Of a stretch of DNA of 64,000 nt, positions 46,286 through 56,557 are shown one piece after another. The first letter of the stretch is position 1, and every line of letters begins with the position of its first letter. Under the pieces are notes generated by a model, which was not told the origin of the DNA, searched no databases, and saw only the letters and a list, made by a program, of their open reading frames with translations. The DNA is from Escherichia coli (GTDB taxonomy: Bacteria > Pseudomonadota > Gammaproteobacteria > Enterobacterales > Enterobacteriaceae), in assembly GCF_016903815.1 (NCBI RefSeq), contig NZ_CP069973.1. The stretch is one strand, 5' to 3'. The translations under genes were made by a program, and so were the position numbers.

Positions 46286-46333
46286 TCCATTTCTTCGGGG
46301 CGAAAGCCCCGATTCTTATTGCCAGGGGATGCT

Positions 46334-47818
46334 ATGGAAACCTTCCTTTCCCTTCGTCATATCAACAAAACGTTTCATGCCACGCGAGCGCTGCGCGATG
46401 TTTCTCTCGACTTTATGTCGGGTGAGGTGCACTGCCTTGCCGGGCAAAACGGCTGTGGTAAATCGACGTTGATTAAAATTATGTCCGGTGTTTATCGCCC
46501 GGATGAGGGGGCGGAAATTACGCTTGGTGGGAAAAACTGGTCAAAGCTGACACCCGCCGCTTCGGTGGCGCAGGGGATTCTGGTGATTTATCAGGACCTC
46601 TCTTTATTTCCTAACCTGAGTGTCTGGGAGAATATCGCCGTGAATCACTATCACCACGGTCTGTTTGTTAACCGCCGTCGTCTGCGTGAGGTGGCGCAGG
46701 CGGCAATGACCAGTATTAACGTCACATTGCCACTGGATACGCTCGTTTCTGAGCTTTCAATTGCCCGCTGTCAGCTGGTGGCAATTTGCCGTGCACTGGC
46801 GCAGGACGCACGGTTGATCGTGATGGATGAACCAACCGCTTCGCTGACCCATCAGGAAGTGCAAGGGTTATTACAGGTGGTGCATCAATTGCGGGAACGC
46901 GGGATCTGCGTGGTCTTCGTCAGTCATCGTCTGGAAGAAGTGATGGAAGTTTCCGACCGTATTTCAGTGCTGAAAGATGGTGAGCTGGTCGGGACCTTTC
47001 CGGCTGCAGAGATGACCACAAAACAACTCGGTTTCCTGATGACCGGCCAGGAGTTTGAATATCAGGTGCGAGAGTTGTGGCAGGGAAAATCCAGCATCCC
47101 AGTGCTGGAGGTGCGTAATTTAAGTCGTCATGGGGAATATCAAAATATTAACTTGCGGGTGGAAGCGGGCGAAGTGGTGTCGATTGTTGGCCTGCTTGGT
47201 GCGGGGCGCACGGAATTATGTCTGAGTCTGTTTGGTATGACCCGACCGGATGCTGGCGAGATCCTCATCAACGGCCAGCTGGTTACACTGCATAGTAACC
47301 AGGACGCCATCCGCCACGGTATTGGTTATGTTTCGGAAGATCGCATGTCGCGCGGTTTGGTGATGGCGCAATCTATTGAAGACAACATCATTAGCACTGT
47401 TTTTCACAAGGTAAAAGATCGCTTCGGCTTTCTGAGTGAAGCTAAAGTGCGTGACCTGGTGGACAGGCTAATCAAGGCATTGACCATCAAAGTCTCTGAC
47501 CCACATCTCCCGGTGAATACGCTTTCTGGGGGTAACGCGCAGCGAGTATCGATCGCCAAATGGCTGGCGATTGGGCCACGACTGTTGATTCTCGATAGCC
47601 CGACTGTCGGTGTTGATATCGCCAACAAAGCAGGAATATACGGCATTATCAGCGATCTGGCGGCTCATGGCATTGCGGTATTGATGATCTGCGATGAAAT
47701 TGAAGAAGCGTGGTATCAAAGCCACCGGATTTTGGTAATGCAAAAAGGTCAGATCACCCATAGCTTCCTGCCTGACAGCAGTTCTCAGGCCAGGATTGCG
47801 GAGGTGGTAAATGGCTGA
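46334..47818 (+). CDS. ABC transporter ATPase with duplicated nucleotide-binding domains
   Basis: Walker A GQNGCGKST, LSGGNAQR signature, second NBD; start set at METFLSL after AGGGGA. Confidence 0.85.
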   Translation: METFLSLRHINKTFHATRALRDVSLDFMSGEVHCLAGQNGCGKSTLIKIMSGVYRPDEGAEITLGGKNWSKLTPAASVAQGILVIYQDLSLFPNLSVWENIAVNHYHHGLFVNRRRLREVAQAAMTSINVTLPLDTLVSELSIARCQLVAICRALAQDARLIVMDEPTASLTHQEVQGLLQVVHQLRERGICVVFVSHRLEEVMEVSDRISVLKDGELVGTFPAAEMTTKQLGFLMTGQEFEYQVRELWQGKSSIPVLEVRNLSRHGEYQNINLRVEAGEVVSIVGLLGAGRTELCLSLFGMTRPDAGEILINGQLVTLHSNQDAIRHGIGYVSEDRMSRGLVMAQSIEDNIISTVFHKVKDRFGFLSEAKVRDLVDRLIKALTIKVSDPHLPVNTLSGGNAQRVSIAKWLAIGPRLLILDSPTVGVDIANKAGIYGIISDLAAHGIAVLMICDEIEEAWYQSHRILVMQKGQITHSFLPDSSSQARIAEVVNG

Positions 47819-48782
47819 ACTGAAAAAACGCCATGAATTCTGGCTGGCATTACTGATTGTGGTGCTGTTTGTTGGCCTTGCCTGGCGCAGCGACGAGTTT
47901 CTGACATTCGGTAATTTGTACGATCTCGCCAATAACTATGCCATGTTGACTATTCTCGCCTGTGGTTTGTTTGTGGTGTTAATTTCCGGTGGGATTGATA
48001 TTTCGTTTCCGGCAATGACCATCATTGCGCAATACGGCATGGTGCTGCTGCTGCAAAAAATTGGTGGCAACTTTGCTGTTGCGTTTGCCCTGGCGGGCGG
48101 CATCGGCATTTTACTTGGCTTAATTAACGCCTTACTGGTTAATCGCCTACGGGTGCCGTCTATCATCATCACCATTTCGACGCTGAATATTTTCTATGGC
48201 CTGCTGTTATGGTTGAGTAAAGGTGTGTGGCTGTACGACTTTCCGCCGTGGTTTGAGCAGGGGGTAATGTTGTTCAAGTACACCGATGCTGACGGCTATG
48301 ACTATGGCCTTGGTCTGCCGCTGATCGCCATGATTACGGTGGTGCTGCTGACAGCGTTTATCATGAATTTCACCAGTGTAGGGCGCAAAATTTATGCCCT
48401 TGGCGGGAACCGTGAATCCGCCAGTCGCATCGGCTTTAGCGTGCTGAAACTGCAACTTTTCGTCTACGGCTATATGGGATTGATGTCTGGCGCTGCGGGT
48501 GTAGTGCAGTCGTGGACGGTGATGACTGTCGCCCCCGATTCTCTTCTGGGTTATGAGCTGACAGTACTGGCTGCGGTGGTGCTTGGCGGCACTAGTTTGC
48601 TCGGCGGGCGCGGCACGTTAACCGGTACTTTGCTCGGCGTGGTGTTGTTGGCAGTGATGCAAAACGGGCTAAATTTATTGGGAGTCTCGTCTTACTGGCA
48701 AACATTGATCACCGGCATCATCATCGTTGCCAGCATTAGCGCCACGGCGTGGAGTCAGCATCAGAACCGGAGTCTGCTATGA
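47811..48782 (+). CDS. ABC transporter permease
   Basis: 323-aa polytopic ORF; start overlaps the ATPase stop by 8 bp. Confidence 0.85.
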   Translation: MAELKKRHEFWLALLIVVLFVGLAWRSDEFLTFGNLYDLANNYAMLTILACGLFVVLISGGIDISFPAMTIIAQYGMVLLLQKIGGNFAVAFALAGGIGILLGLINALLVNRLRVPSIIITISTLNIFYGLLLWLSKGVWLYDFPPWFEQGVMLFKYTDADGYDYGLGLPLIAMITVVLLTAFIMNFTSVGRKIYALGGNRESASRIGFSVLKLQLFVYGYMGLMSGAAGVVQSWTVMTVAPDSLLGYELTVLAAVVLGGTSLLGGRGTLTGTLLGVVLLAVMQNGLNLLGVSSYWQTLITGIIIVASISATAWSQHQNRSLL

Positions 48783-49735
48783 AAAAATCGTGGCGTAATA
48801 ACGTTGAGTTTTACTTGATCGGCCTGCTGGTGCTAACTGTTGCCGCGTTCAGCATTACTATGCCGGAGATTTTCTGGTCGATAAGTAATTTCCAGTCCGT
48901 CGCTTCGCAAATGCCCGTGCTGGGCATTCTGGCGTTGGCTATGGCGGTGACCATGCTTTGCGGTGGCATTAACTTGTCAATTATAGCCACTGCTAACGCC
49001 TGTTCACTGGTGATGGCGTGGGTGGCGACTCAGTATCCACCGGGTATTGCTACGGTTGTCGCTACGCTGCTGGCGGGCGCTGGCGCGGCGGTGATAATCG
49101 GTTTATGTAACGGCGTATTGATTGCTGGTATTCGAGTGTCGCCAATTCTTGCAACACTCGGGATGATGACGTTGCTCAAAGGGGTAAATATTCTGGTGAC
49201 AGGCGGTAGCGCCATTGCCAATTATCCCTCATGGGTGCTGTGGTTGAATCATGCACAGTGGTTCGGTATTCCGCTACCGATGTGGTTGTTTGCCGCAGTG
49301 GCGCTGGGGCTGTGGATATTGCTGGAGAAAACGCCGCTCGGTAAATCCATTTATCTGATTGGTTCTAACGAACGAGCAACACTTTACTCCGGCATTAACA
49401 CTCGTCGGGTGCTGATTTGGGTTTATGTCATTTCCGCCTTGCTTTGTGCGGTAGCGGCATTTTTGATGATGTCGAAACTCAACTCGGCTAAGGCCTCTTA
49501 TGGCGAATCGTACTTGCTGGTGTCAATCCTCGCGGCAGTACTCGGCGGGGTTAATCCGGACGGCGGCAGCGGGCGGATAATTGGTATGGTGCTGGCGCTG
49601 TTTCTTCTGCAAATTATTGAAAGCGGCTTCAATATTCTCGGTATAAGCCCCTACCTGACGATGGCCTTATGGGGAACGTTGCTGCTCTGTTTCATTCAGG
49701 CTCGCGGCATGTTGGGGCTGGATCGGGTGGTTTAA
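48779..49735 (+). CDS. ABC transporter permease
   Basis: Polytopic ORF; start taken at MKKSWRNN, overlapping the upstream stop (ATGA). Confidence 0.8.
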   Translation: MKKSWRNNVEFYLIGLLVLTVAAFSITMPEIFWSISNFQSVASQMPVLGILALAMAVTMLCGGINLSIIATANACSLVMAWVATQYPPGIATVVATLLAGAGAAVIIGLCNGVLIAGIRVSPILATLGMMTLLKGVNILVTGGSAIANYPSWVLWLNHAQWFGIPLPMWLFAAVALGLWILLEKTPLGKSIYLIGSNERATLYSGINTRRVLIWVYVISALLCAVAAFLMMSKLNSAKASYGESYLLVSILAAVLGGVNPDGGSGRIIGMVLALFLLQIIESGFNILGISPYLTMALWGTLLLCFIQARGMLGLDRVV

Positions 49736-49821
49736 ATATTGGCTATATTCAATGGACGCGTTTTGCCGCGATGACATATCAGGCATCGCCAAATACACAT
49801 AGCTAATCAGGAGTAAACACA

Positions 49822-50871
49822 ATGAAGATCAAAGCTGTTGGTGCATATTCCGCTAAACAACCACTTGAACCGATGGATATCACCCGGCGTGAACCGGGAC
49901 CGCATGATGTCAAAATTGAAATCGCTTACTGTGGCGTCTGCCATTCCGATCTCCACCAGGTCCGTTCCGAGTGGGCGGGGACGGTTTATCCCTGCGTGCC
50001 GGGCCATGAAATTGTAGGGCGCGTGGTAGCCGTTGGTGATCAGGTAGAAAAATATGCGCCGGGCGATCTGGTCGGTGTCGGCTGTATTGTCGACAGTTGT
50101 AAACATTGCGAAGAGTGTGAAGACGGGCTGGAAAACTACTGTGATCACATGACCGGCACCTATAACTCGCCGACGCCGGACGAACCGGGCCATACTCTGG
50201 GCGGCTACTCACAACAGATCGTCGTTCATGAGCGATATGTTCTGCGTATTCGTCACCCGCAAGAGCAGCTGGCGGCGGTGGCACCTTTGTTGTGTGCAGG
50301 GATCACCACGTATTCGCCGCTACGTCACTGGCAGGTCGGTCCGGGTAAAAAAGTGGGCGTGGTCGGCATCGGCGGTCTGGGACATATGGGGATTAAGCTG
50401 GCCCACGCGATGGGGGCGCATGTGGTGGCATTTACCACTTCTGAGTCAAAACGCGAAGCGGCAAAAGCCCTGGGGGCCGATGAAGTTGTTAACTCACGCA
50501 ATGCCGATGAGATGGCGGCTCATGTGAAGAGTTTCGATTTCATTTTGAATACAGTAGCTGCGCCACATAATCTCGACGATTTTACCACCTTGCTGAAGCG
50601 TGATGGCACCATGACGCTGGTTGGTGCGCCTGCGACACCGCATAAATCGCCGGAAGTTTTCAACCTGATCATGAAACGCCGTGCGATAGCCGGTTCTATG
50701 ATTGGCGGCATTCCAGAAACTCAGGAGATGCTCGATTTTTGCGCCGAACATGGCATCGTGGCTGATATAGAGATGATTCGGGCCGATCAAATTAATGAAG
50801 CCTATGAGCGAATGCTGCGAGGAGATGTGAAATATCGTTTTGTTATCGATAATCGCACACTAACAGACTGA
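49822..50871 (+). CDS. yahK: Zn-dependent NADPH aldehyde reductase (cinnamyl-alcohol-dehydrogenase family)
   Basis: 349-aa ORF with GHE..G and CGVCHSD zinc-ADH motifs and GxGxxG (GVVGIGGLGHMG); AGGAG RBS. Confidence 0.9.
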   Translation: MKIKAVGAYSAKQPLEPMDITRREPGPHDVKIEIAYCGVCHSDLHQVRSEWAGTVYPCVPGHEIVGRVVAVGDQVEKYAPGDLVGVGCIVDSCKHCEECEDGLENYCDHMTGTYNSPTPDEPGHTLGGYSQQIVVHERYVLRIRHPQEQLAAVAPLLCAGITTYSPLRHWQVGPGKKVGVVGIGGLGHMGIKLAHAMGAHVVAFTTSESKREAAKALGADEVVNSRNADEMAAHVKSFDFILNTVAAPHNLDDFTTLLKRDGTMTLVGAPATPHKSPEVFNLIMKRRAIAGSMIGGIPETQEMLDFCAEHGIVADIEMIRADQINEAYERMLRGDVKYRFVIDNRTLTD

Positions 50872-50908
50872 AAAAATTAATAAATACCCTGTGGTTTAAC
50901 ATATTAAC

Positions 50909-50946
50909 TTCGCTCTCCACTTAACTTTTTAGTTAAGGAGAGCGAA
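50909..50946 (+). terminator. Stem-loop terminator after yahK
   Basis: TTCGCTCTCC...GGAGAGCGAA 10-bp stem enclosing an inner TTAACT/AGTTAA stem, about 40 bp after the yahK stop. Confidence 0.55.
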
Positions 50947-51113
50947 ATAATATCAAAGTAGCAGTAAAACCTATAACGTAAATTCAAATTGTTAAATTAA
51001 CTCCCTCCAGTACACAATACTTCACACGTTAGTTATGAGCGATTTCTGATAGTGCCTGGTTTAATCAGGGCTTTATTATCTGCGACGTTTATTTTTATTT
51101 AAGAGAGATCGCG

Positions 51114-51929
51114 ATGATATCATTAAAAGCTCCGCACAATAATTTGATGCCATATACGCAACAAAGCATACTTAATACAGTAAAAAACAATCAGTTACCA
51201 GAGGATATCAAAAGCTCCCTGGTCTCCTGTGTCGATATATTCAAGGTTTTGATTAAACAATATTATGATTATCCCTATGATTGTCGTGATGATTTAGTCG
51301 ATGACGACAAACTCATTCATCTCATGGCTGCCGTACGAGACTGTGAGTGGTCAGACGATAACGCACTCACCATAAATGTGCAGTTTAATGATTTCCCTGG
51401 ATTTTATGACTGGATGGATTACCCTGATCACCCGGTTAAGTTTGTTTTTCGCATACTTGAAAATCAAAAAGGGACAGTTTGGGTATATGACCAGGACGAT
51501 GCGTTTCTTGATATTAAAGCAAACGTGCAGGCTGGACGCTTTACCGGGCTTAAGAAATTAGTGCAGTTTATCGATTCAGTGCGAACAGATTGCAAATGTA
51601 TTCTTCTTGAACACCATATGCCTTTGCTGAGACTTTTCCCTAAAGGGAAAGAGTGTATGCATGTGGAAAAATGGCTTCGCGAAATGTCGTCTATTCCGGA
51701 GACCGACGCACCCATTAAGCAGGCGCTTGCGCATGGATTATTATTACACTTAAAAAATATCTACCCTGTTTTTCCTGAATCACTGGTGATGTTATTGCTC
51801 TCTGTTCTGGACGTAAAAACATACAGAGATGATGCGCGATTAAATCAATGGATATCTAATAGAGTGCAGGAATTAGGTGACAGATATTATCCTGTAAATA
51901 AGCACGTTAAAATCCGCTACACTCTTTAG
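51114..51929 (+). CDS. yahL: Hypothetical protein
   Basis: 271-aa ORF in AT-rich context; symbol by size and synteny only. Confidence 0.6.
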   Translation: MISLKAPHNNLMPYTQQSILNTVKNNQLPEDIKSSLVSCVDIFKVLIKQYYDYPYDCRDDLVDDDKLIHLMAAVRDCEWSDDNALTINVQFNDFPGFYDWMDYPDHPVKFVFRILENQKGTVWVYDQDDAFLDIKANVQAGRFTGLKKLVQFIDSVRTDCKCILLEHHMPLLRLFPKGKECMHVEKWLREMSSIPETDAPIKQALAHGLLLHLKNIYPVFPESLVMLLLSVLDVKTYRDDARLNQWISNRVQELGDRYYPVNKHVKIRYTL

Positions 51930-52155
51930 TTCAGAAAGGGTTCCACCTGCGAGTTGTTATTCCACCAGAGAGTGAATCGCAAAGCAGGTGATCATTTCAT
52001 CTGTATATCCGTATGCCAAATGGCATTCCACCGCCTTTTTCGCCGATATTTTGTTGTGATCGGCGACACTTCGCTTAAAAAAGCATCAGCAGTGGTTTCG
52101 CAGCTATACGGTGTATAAAAAATGATCTCATGCAGATGTTTTGTGAATGTGTGGG

Positions 52156-52184
52156 TTGACATTCATATTAAAAAAATCATAATT
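52156..52184 (+). promoter_or_regulatory. Candidate sigma-70 promoter upstream of yahM
   Basis: TTGACA-16/17 nt-CATAAT/ATAATT about 160 bp upstream of the yahM start. Confidence 0.4.
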
Positions 52185-52341
52185 CCATCATGTTTGTGTG
52201 GGGTCTTTTCTGTATCTTACGCATCGCACTCAAGCCTGACAGAAAATATGCTGTAAGGCTCATATCAAAAACCGCCATTAGCTCATCAGGAAGAGCAGAC
52301 GACAACCAGGATTGTTGTATGGTACGGGGTTCGAGGCCTCG

Positions 52342-52587
52342 ATGGCGGTCCAACTTTTCATAACTCTTCTGAATCAGCTCCCCTTATTATCATCCCTGCA
52401 AAGTGGAACATTACCATTGTTTGGCTATTCAGGACGGGTCAGAGCAATGAAAAAAGCCCACACAGGGGAGAGTGGGCTGAAATGGGAAGCTAAAGACTCA
52501 AGTAAACTTATCGGAAATAAGGACCACGCATTACGGGGGCTATCATCGCCGATGGTCGGGATTCGGCAAATCAGGTTGATTACGTAG
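52342..52587 (+). CDS. yahM: Small hypothetical protein
   Basis: 81-aa product from MAVQLFITLLNQ within a 91-aa track ORF; symbol by size and synteny. Confidence 0.45.
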   Translation: MAVQLFITLLNQLPLLSSLQSGTLPLFGYSGRVRAMKKAHTGESGLKWEAKDSSKLIGNKDHALRGLSSPMVGIRQIRLIT

Positions 52588-52603
52588 AGAGTAAATTATC
52601 TGC

Positions 52604-53275
52604 TCACCGCTGCGTCACCCCTTCGTAAATCAGGCGTAGCGCGAATACACCAATAATTGCACCAATAACCCGACTGGCAACGCGTTGCATACGCCCATAA
52701 GCACGACGCACTGCGGGCAAAGAAAACGCCTGACTAAGAAAAACGCGCCAGATAACTGATGCGAGCACAATCCCCGCCCAGGCCATTAAACGTGCCCATG
52801 TTGGTGTTTCGGCATTTAATGTTACTGAGAAAATACTGATAAAAAATAAAACGGTTTGCGGGTTAGAGAGATCGGTAATTAATCCGCGGCGAAAAAAGAC
52901 ATACCAGGGGGCGTTAATCGGTTGTTGTAGTGTGCTCATTTGCGGTGTTGACTGGCGGCGCATGCTGCACCACGCAAACCATAAGAGATAAGCGCCGCCG
53001 ACGATTCTGATAAGCGAAAAAATCTCCTCACACTGCGTAATTAGCGTTGCAAGACCAAACAAACCCAACCCGGAATAAAATGCATCGCCCAGCGCCACGC
53101 CCAGCCCGGTCAGCACCCCTGCGCGTCGACCGGAAGCCAGGCTGGTTTGTACTACCACAAAGAGATTGGCTCCCGGATTAAAAAAAGTAATCACGAACAG
53201 TCCTACGGTCAGGTAAACGGCATGCAAAGGATCCATAGTGATTTCATCCATAAATAAGTGAACTAACTGCATCAT
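52604..53275 (-). CDS. yahN: LysE/RhtB-family amino-acid exporter
   Basis: 223-aa polytopic ORF typical of the LysE family. Confidence 0.8.
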   Translation of the reverse strand: MMQLVHLFMDEITMDPLHAVYLTVGLFVITFFNPGANLFVVVQTSLASGRRAGVLTGLGVALGDAFYSGLGLFGLATLITQCEEIFSLIRIVGGAYLLWFAWCSMRRQSTPQMSTLQQPINAPWYVFFRRGLITDLSNPQTVLFFISIFSVTLNAETPTWARLMAWAGIVLASVIWRVFLSQAFSLPAVRRAYGRMQRVASRVIGAIIGVFALRLIYEGVTQR

Positions 53276-53421
53276 ATTTCTACCAAAAATAATCGGGTGC
53301 GAGAGAGATCACAAAGTGTCTTATTTCCGGTTACTGGCGTTTATGCCCTGACTGAACTAATTATTAATCAACCCAATAATGTCGGTGGGTGATAGTGTGA
53401 TAACAACTCTGGAGCCGTAAT

Positions 53422-53697
53422 ATGAAAATAATCTCTAAAATGTTAGTCGGTGCGTTAGCGTTTGCCGTTACCAATGTCTATGCCGCTGAATTGATGACCA
53501 AAGCGGAATTTGAAAAAGTTGAATCGCAATATGAAAAAATAGGTGATATTTCAACCAGTAATGAAATGTCGACTGCAGATGCAAAAGAAGATTTAATCAA
53601 AAAAGCCGATGAAAAAGGGGCTGATGTGTTGGTGCTGACCTCTGGTCAAACTGACAATAAGATTCACGGCACGGCAAATATTTATAAGAAGAAGTAA
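53422..53697 (+). CDS. yahO: Small periplasmic DUF1471 (YhcN-family) protein
   Basis: 91-aa ORF with signal peptide ([21 protein letters not shown]). Confidence 0.8.
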   Translation: MKIISKMLVGALAFAVTNVYAAELMTKAEFEKVESQYEKIGDISTSNEMSTADAKEDLIKKADEKGADVLVLTSGQTDNKIHGTANIYKKK

Positions 53698-53762
53698 TTC
53701 TGAAACCTATGTAAACATCCCCGATGCGTAAGTTTATCGGTGATCATCATCTATTGAAATTT

Positions 53763-53797
53763 ATGCCGGATAAAGCGTTCGCGCTGCATTCGGCAGT
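53763..53797. repeat. REP (repetitive extragenic palindromic) element
   Basis: TGCCGGATAAAGCGTTCGCGCTGCATTCGGCA matches the REP consensus; ends at the prpR stop. Confidence 0.6.
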
Positions 53798-55384
53798 TCA
53801 GTTTTTCAGCCGCCGCCAGAACGTCGTCCGGCTTATGCCTAAATAATTCGCCGCTGCTGTTTTATCGCCTTTAAATTTCTCCAGTGCCTGTTGTGGTGTC
53901 AGTAAGCGTGGAGCGGGAATTTTCGCCGACTCGCGCGCCAGCTCCGGCAGTAGCAGCTGCAAAAACTGCGGCGTTAAATCCGGCGTCGGTTCCACACTTA
54001 AAAACAGCGCCAGTCGCTCCATCATATTGCGCAGTTCTCGAATATTGCCCGGCCAGTCGTAGTGCACCAGCACGGTTTCGCTTGCCTGTAATCCCTGGCG
54101 TAATGCGGAAGAAAACGGGGCAGCAAGTGCAGCCAGAGACACTTTCAAAAAGCTTTCCGCCAGCGGCAGAATATCTGCCACCCGCTCACGCAGTGGTGGC
54201 AGTTGCAGGCGTAAAATGCTCAGCCGATAAAACAGGTCACGGCGAAACTGCCCTTGCCGCATATCTTCTTCCAGATTGCAGTGAGTGGCGCTAATGACTC
54301 GCACATCCACCGGAACAGGCTGATGCCCGCCGACGCGGGTGACCTCTTTTTCTTCCAGCACCCGTAACAGGCGAGTCTGCAAAGGTAGCGGCATTTCGCC
54401 AATCTCATCCAGAAACAGCGTACCGCCGTGGGCAATTTCGAACAGCCCGGCGCGACCTCCGCGTCGCGAGCCGGTGAACGCCCCTTCCTCATAGCCAAAC
54501 AGCTCTGCTTCCAGCAACGATTCGGCAATCGCCCCGCAGTTGACGGCAACAAACGGATGCGACTTTTGGCCCTGTCGCGCATCGTGGCGGGCAAAATATT
54601 CCCGATGAATCGCCTGGGCCGCCAGCTCTTTGCCCGTCCCCGTTTCCCCTTCAATCAACACCGCTGCACTGGAGCGGGCATACAGCAAAATAGTCTGCCG
54701 TACCTGTTCCATCTGTGGTGATTGACCGAGCATATCGCCCAGCACGTAACGAGTACGCAGGGCGTTGCGGGTGGCATCGTGAGTGTTATGGCGTAACGAC
54801 ATGCGCGTCATATCCAGCGCATCGCTGAACGCCTGGCGCACGGTGGCGGCGGAATAGATAAAAATTCCGGTCATTCCGGCTTCTTCTGCCAGATCGGTAA
54901 TCAGCCCCGCGCCGACCACCGCTTCGGTGCCGTTAGCTTTTAGCTCGTTAATCTGCCCGCGTGCGTCTTCCTCGGTAATGTAGCTACGTTGGTCGAGGCG
55001 CAAATTAAAGGTTTTTTGAAACGCCACCAGCGCTGGAATGGTTTCCTGATAAGTGACAACGCCGATAGAAGAGGTGAGTTTTCCGGCTTTTGCCAGTGCC
55101 TGTAACACATCGTAGCCGCTCGGTTTAATCAAAATAACTGGCACTGACAGGCGGCTTTTCAGGTACGCGCCGTTAGAGCCAGCAGCGATGATGGCGTCAC
55201 AGCGTTCGTTTGCCAGTTTTTTGCGGATGTAGGTCACCGCTTTTTCAAAGCCAAGCTGGATAGGGGTAATGTTCGCCAGATGATCAAACTCGAGGCTGAT
55301 ATCGCGAAACAGCTCGAACAGGCGCGTTACAGATACCGTCCAGATAACCGGTTTGTCGTCATTCAGCCGTGGTGGATGTGCCAT
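53798..55384 (-). CDS. prpR: Sigma-54-dependent activator of propionate catabolism
   Basis: 528-aa product from [18 protein letters not shown]+ sigma-54 activator motifs ([13 protein letters not shown]) and C-terminal HTH. Confidence 0.92.
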   Translation of the reverse strand: MAHPPRLNDDKPVIWTVSVTRLFELFRDISLEFDHLANITPIQLGFEKAVTYIRKKLANERCDAIIAAGSNGAYLKSRLSVPVILIKPSGYDVLQALAKAGKLTSSIGVVTYQETIPALVAFQKTFNLRLDQRSYITEEDARGQINELKANGTEAVVGAGLITDLAEEAGMTGIFIYSAATVRQAFSDALDMTRMSLRHNTHDATRNALRTRYVLGDMLGQSPQMEQVRQTILLYARSSAAVLIEGETGTGKELAAQAIHREYFARHDARQGQKSHPFVAVNCGAIAESLLEAELFGYEEGAFTGSRRGGRAGLFEIAHGGTLFLDEIGEMPLPLQTRLLRVLEEKEVTRVGGHQPVPVDVRVISATHCNLEEDMRQGQFRRDLFYRLSILRLQLPPLRERVADILPLAESFLKVSLAALAAPFSSALRQGLQASETVLVHYDWPGNIRELRNMMERLALFLSVEPTPDLTPQFLQLLLPELARESAKIPAPRLLTPQQALEKFKGDKTAAANYLGISRTTFWRRLKN

Positions 55385-55427
55385 AGCGCACCGCAAAGTT
55401 AAGAAACCGAATATTGGGTTTAGTCTT

Positions 55428-55451
55428 GTTTCATAATTGTTGCAATGAAAC
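55428..55451. promoter_or_regulatory. Dyad GTTTCAT-N10-ATGAAAC upstream of the prpB promoter (candidate PrpR enhancer site)
   Basis: Inverted repeat followed by four more TGAAAC(G) direct repeats at roughly 11-12-bp spacing (55445-55490). Confidence 0.4.
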
Positions 55452-55559
55452 GCGGTGAAACATTGACTGAAACGTTAACTGAAACGCATATTTGCGGATT
55501 ACTTCATGACTTTATTTATAACAAATTGAAATTAAACATTTAATTTTATTCGATCAATT

Positions 55560-55577
55560 GTGGCACACCCCTTGCTT
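55560..55577 (+). promoter_or_regulatory. Sigma-54 (-24/-12) promoter of prpBCDE
   Basis: TGGCAC-N5-TTGCT about 45 bp upstream of the prpB ATG. Confidence 0.75.
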
Positions 55578-55622
55578 TGTCTTTATCAACGCAAATAACA
55601 AGTTGATAACAAAGGATGGGCT

Positions 55623-56513
55623 ATGTCTCTACACTCTCCAGGTAAAGCGTTTCGCGCTGCACTGTCTAAAGAAAATCCATTGCAGATTGTTGGCACCATC
55701 AACGCTAACCATGCGCTGTTGGCGCAGCGTGCCGGATATCAGGCAATTTATCTTTCCGGCGGTGGCGTGGCGGCAGGGTCGCTGGGGCTGCCCGATCTCG
55801 GTATTTCTACCCTTGATGATGTGCTGACCGACATTCGTCGTATCACCGACGTTTGTTCGCTGCCGCTGCTGGTGGATGCGGATATCGGTTTTGGTTCTTC
55901 TGCTTTTAACGTGGCGCGCACCGTGAAATCGATGATTAAAGCCGGTGCGGCAGGACTGCATATTGAAGATCAGGTTGGTGCGAAACGCTGCGGTCATCGT
56001 CCGAACAAAGCGATCGTCTCGAAAGAGGAGATGGTGGATCGGATCCGCGCGGCGGTGGATGCGAAAACCGATCCTGATTTTGTGATCATGGCGCGCACCG
56101 ATGCGCTGGCGGTAGAGGGGCTGGATGCGGCGATTGAGCGTGCGCAGGCCTATGTTGAAGCGGGTGCCGAGATGTTGTTCCCGGAGGCGATTACCGAACT
56201 CGCCATGTACCGCCAGTTTGCCGATGCGGTGCAGGTGCCGATCCTCGCCAACATCACCGAATTTGGCGCAACACCGCTGTTTACCACCGACGAATTACGC
56301 AGCGCCCATGTCGCAATGGCGCTGTACCCACTTTCAGCGTTCCGCGCCATGAACCGCGCCGCTGAGCATGTCTACAACGTCCTGCGTCAGGAAGGGACGC
56401 AGAAAAGCGTCATCGACACCATGCAGACCCGCAACGAGCTGTACGAAAGCATCAACTACTACCAGTACGAAGAGAAGCTCGACGAGCTGTTTGCCCGTAG
56501 CCAGGTGAAATAA
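55623..56513 (+). CDS. prpB: 2-methylisocitrate lyase
   Basis: 296-aa ORF of the PEP-mutase/isocitrate-lyase superfamily (KRCGH motif). Confidence 0.93.
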   Translation: MSLHSPGKAFRAALSKENPLQIVGTINANHALLAQRAGYQAIYLSGGGVAAGSLGLPDLGISTLDDVLTDIRRITDVCSLPLLVDADIGFGSSAFNVARTVKSMIKAGAAGLHIEDQVGAKRCGHRPNKAIVSKEEMVDRIRAAVDAKTDPDFVIMARTDALAVEGLDAAIERAQAYVEAGAEMLFPEAITELAMYRQFADAVQVPILANITEFGATPLFTTDELRSAHVAMALYPLSAFRAMNRAAEHVYNVLRQEGTQKSVIDTMQTRNELYESINYYQYEEKLDELFARSQVK

Positions 56514-56557
56514 AACACAACGAAAAATATCTCGACCCTACAAATGACGAGGACATC

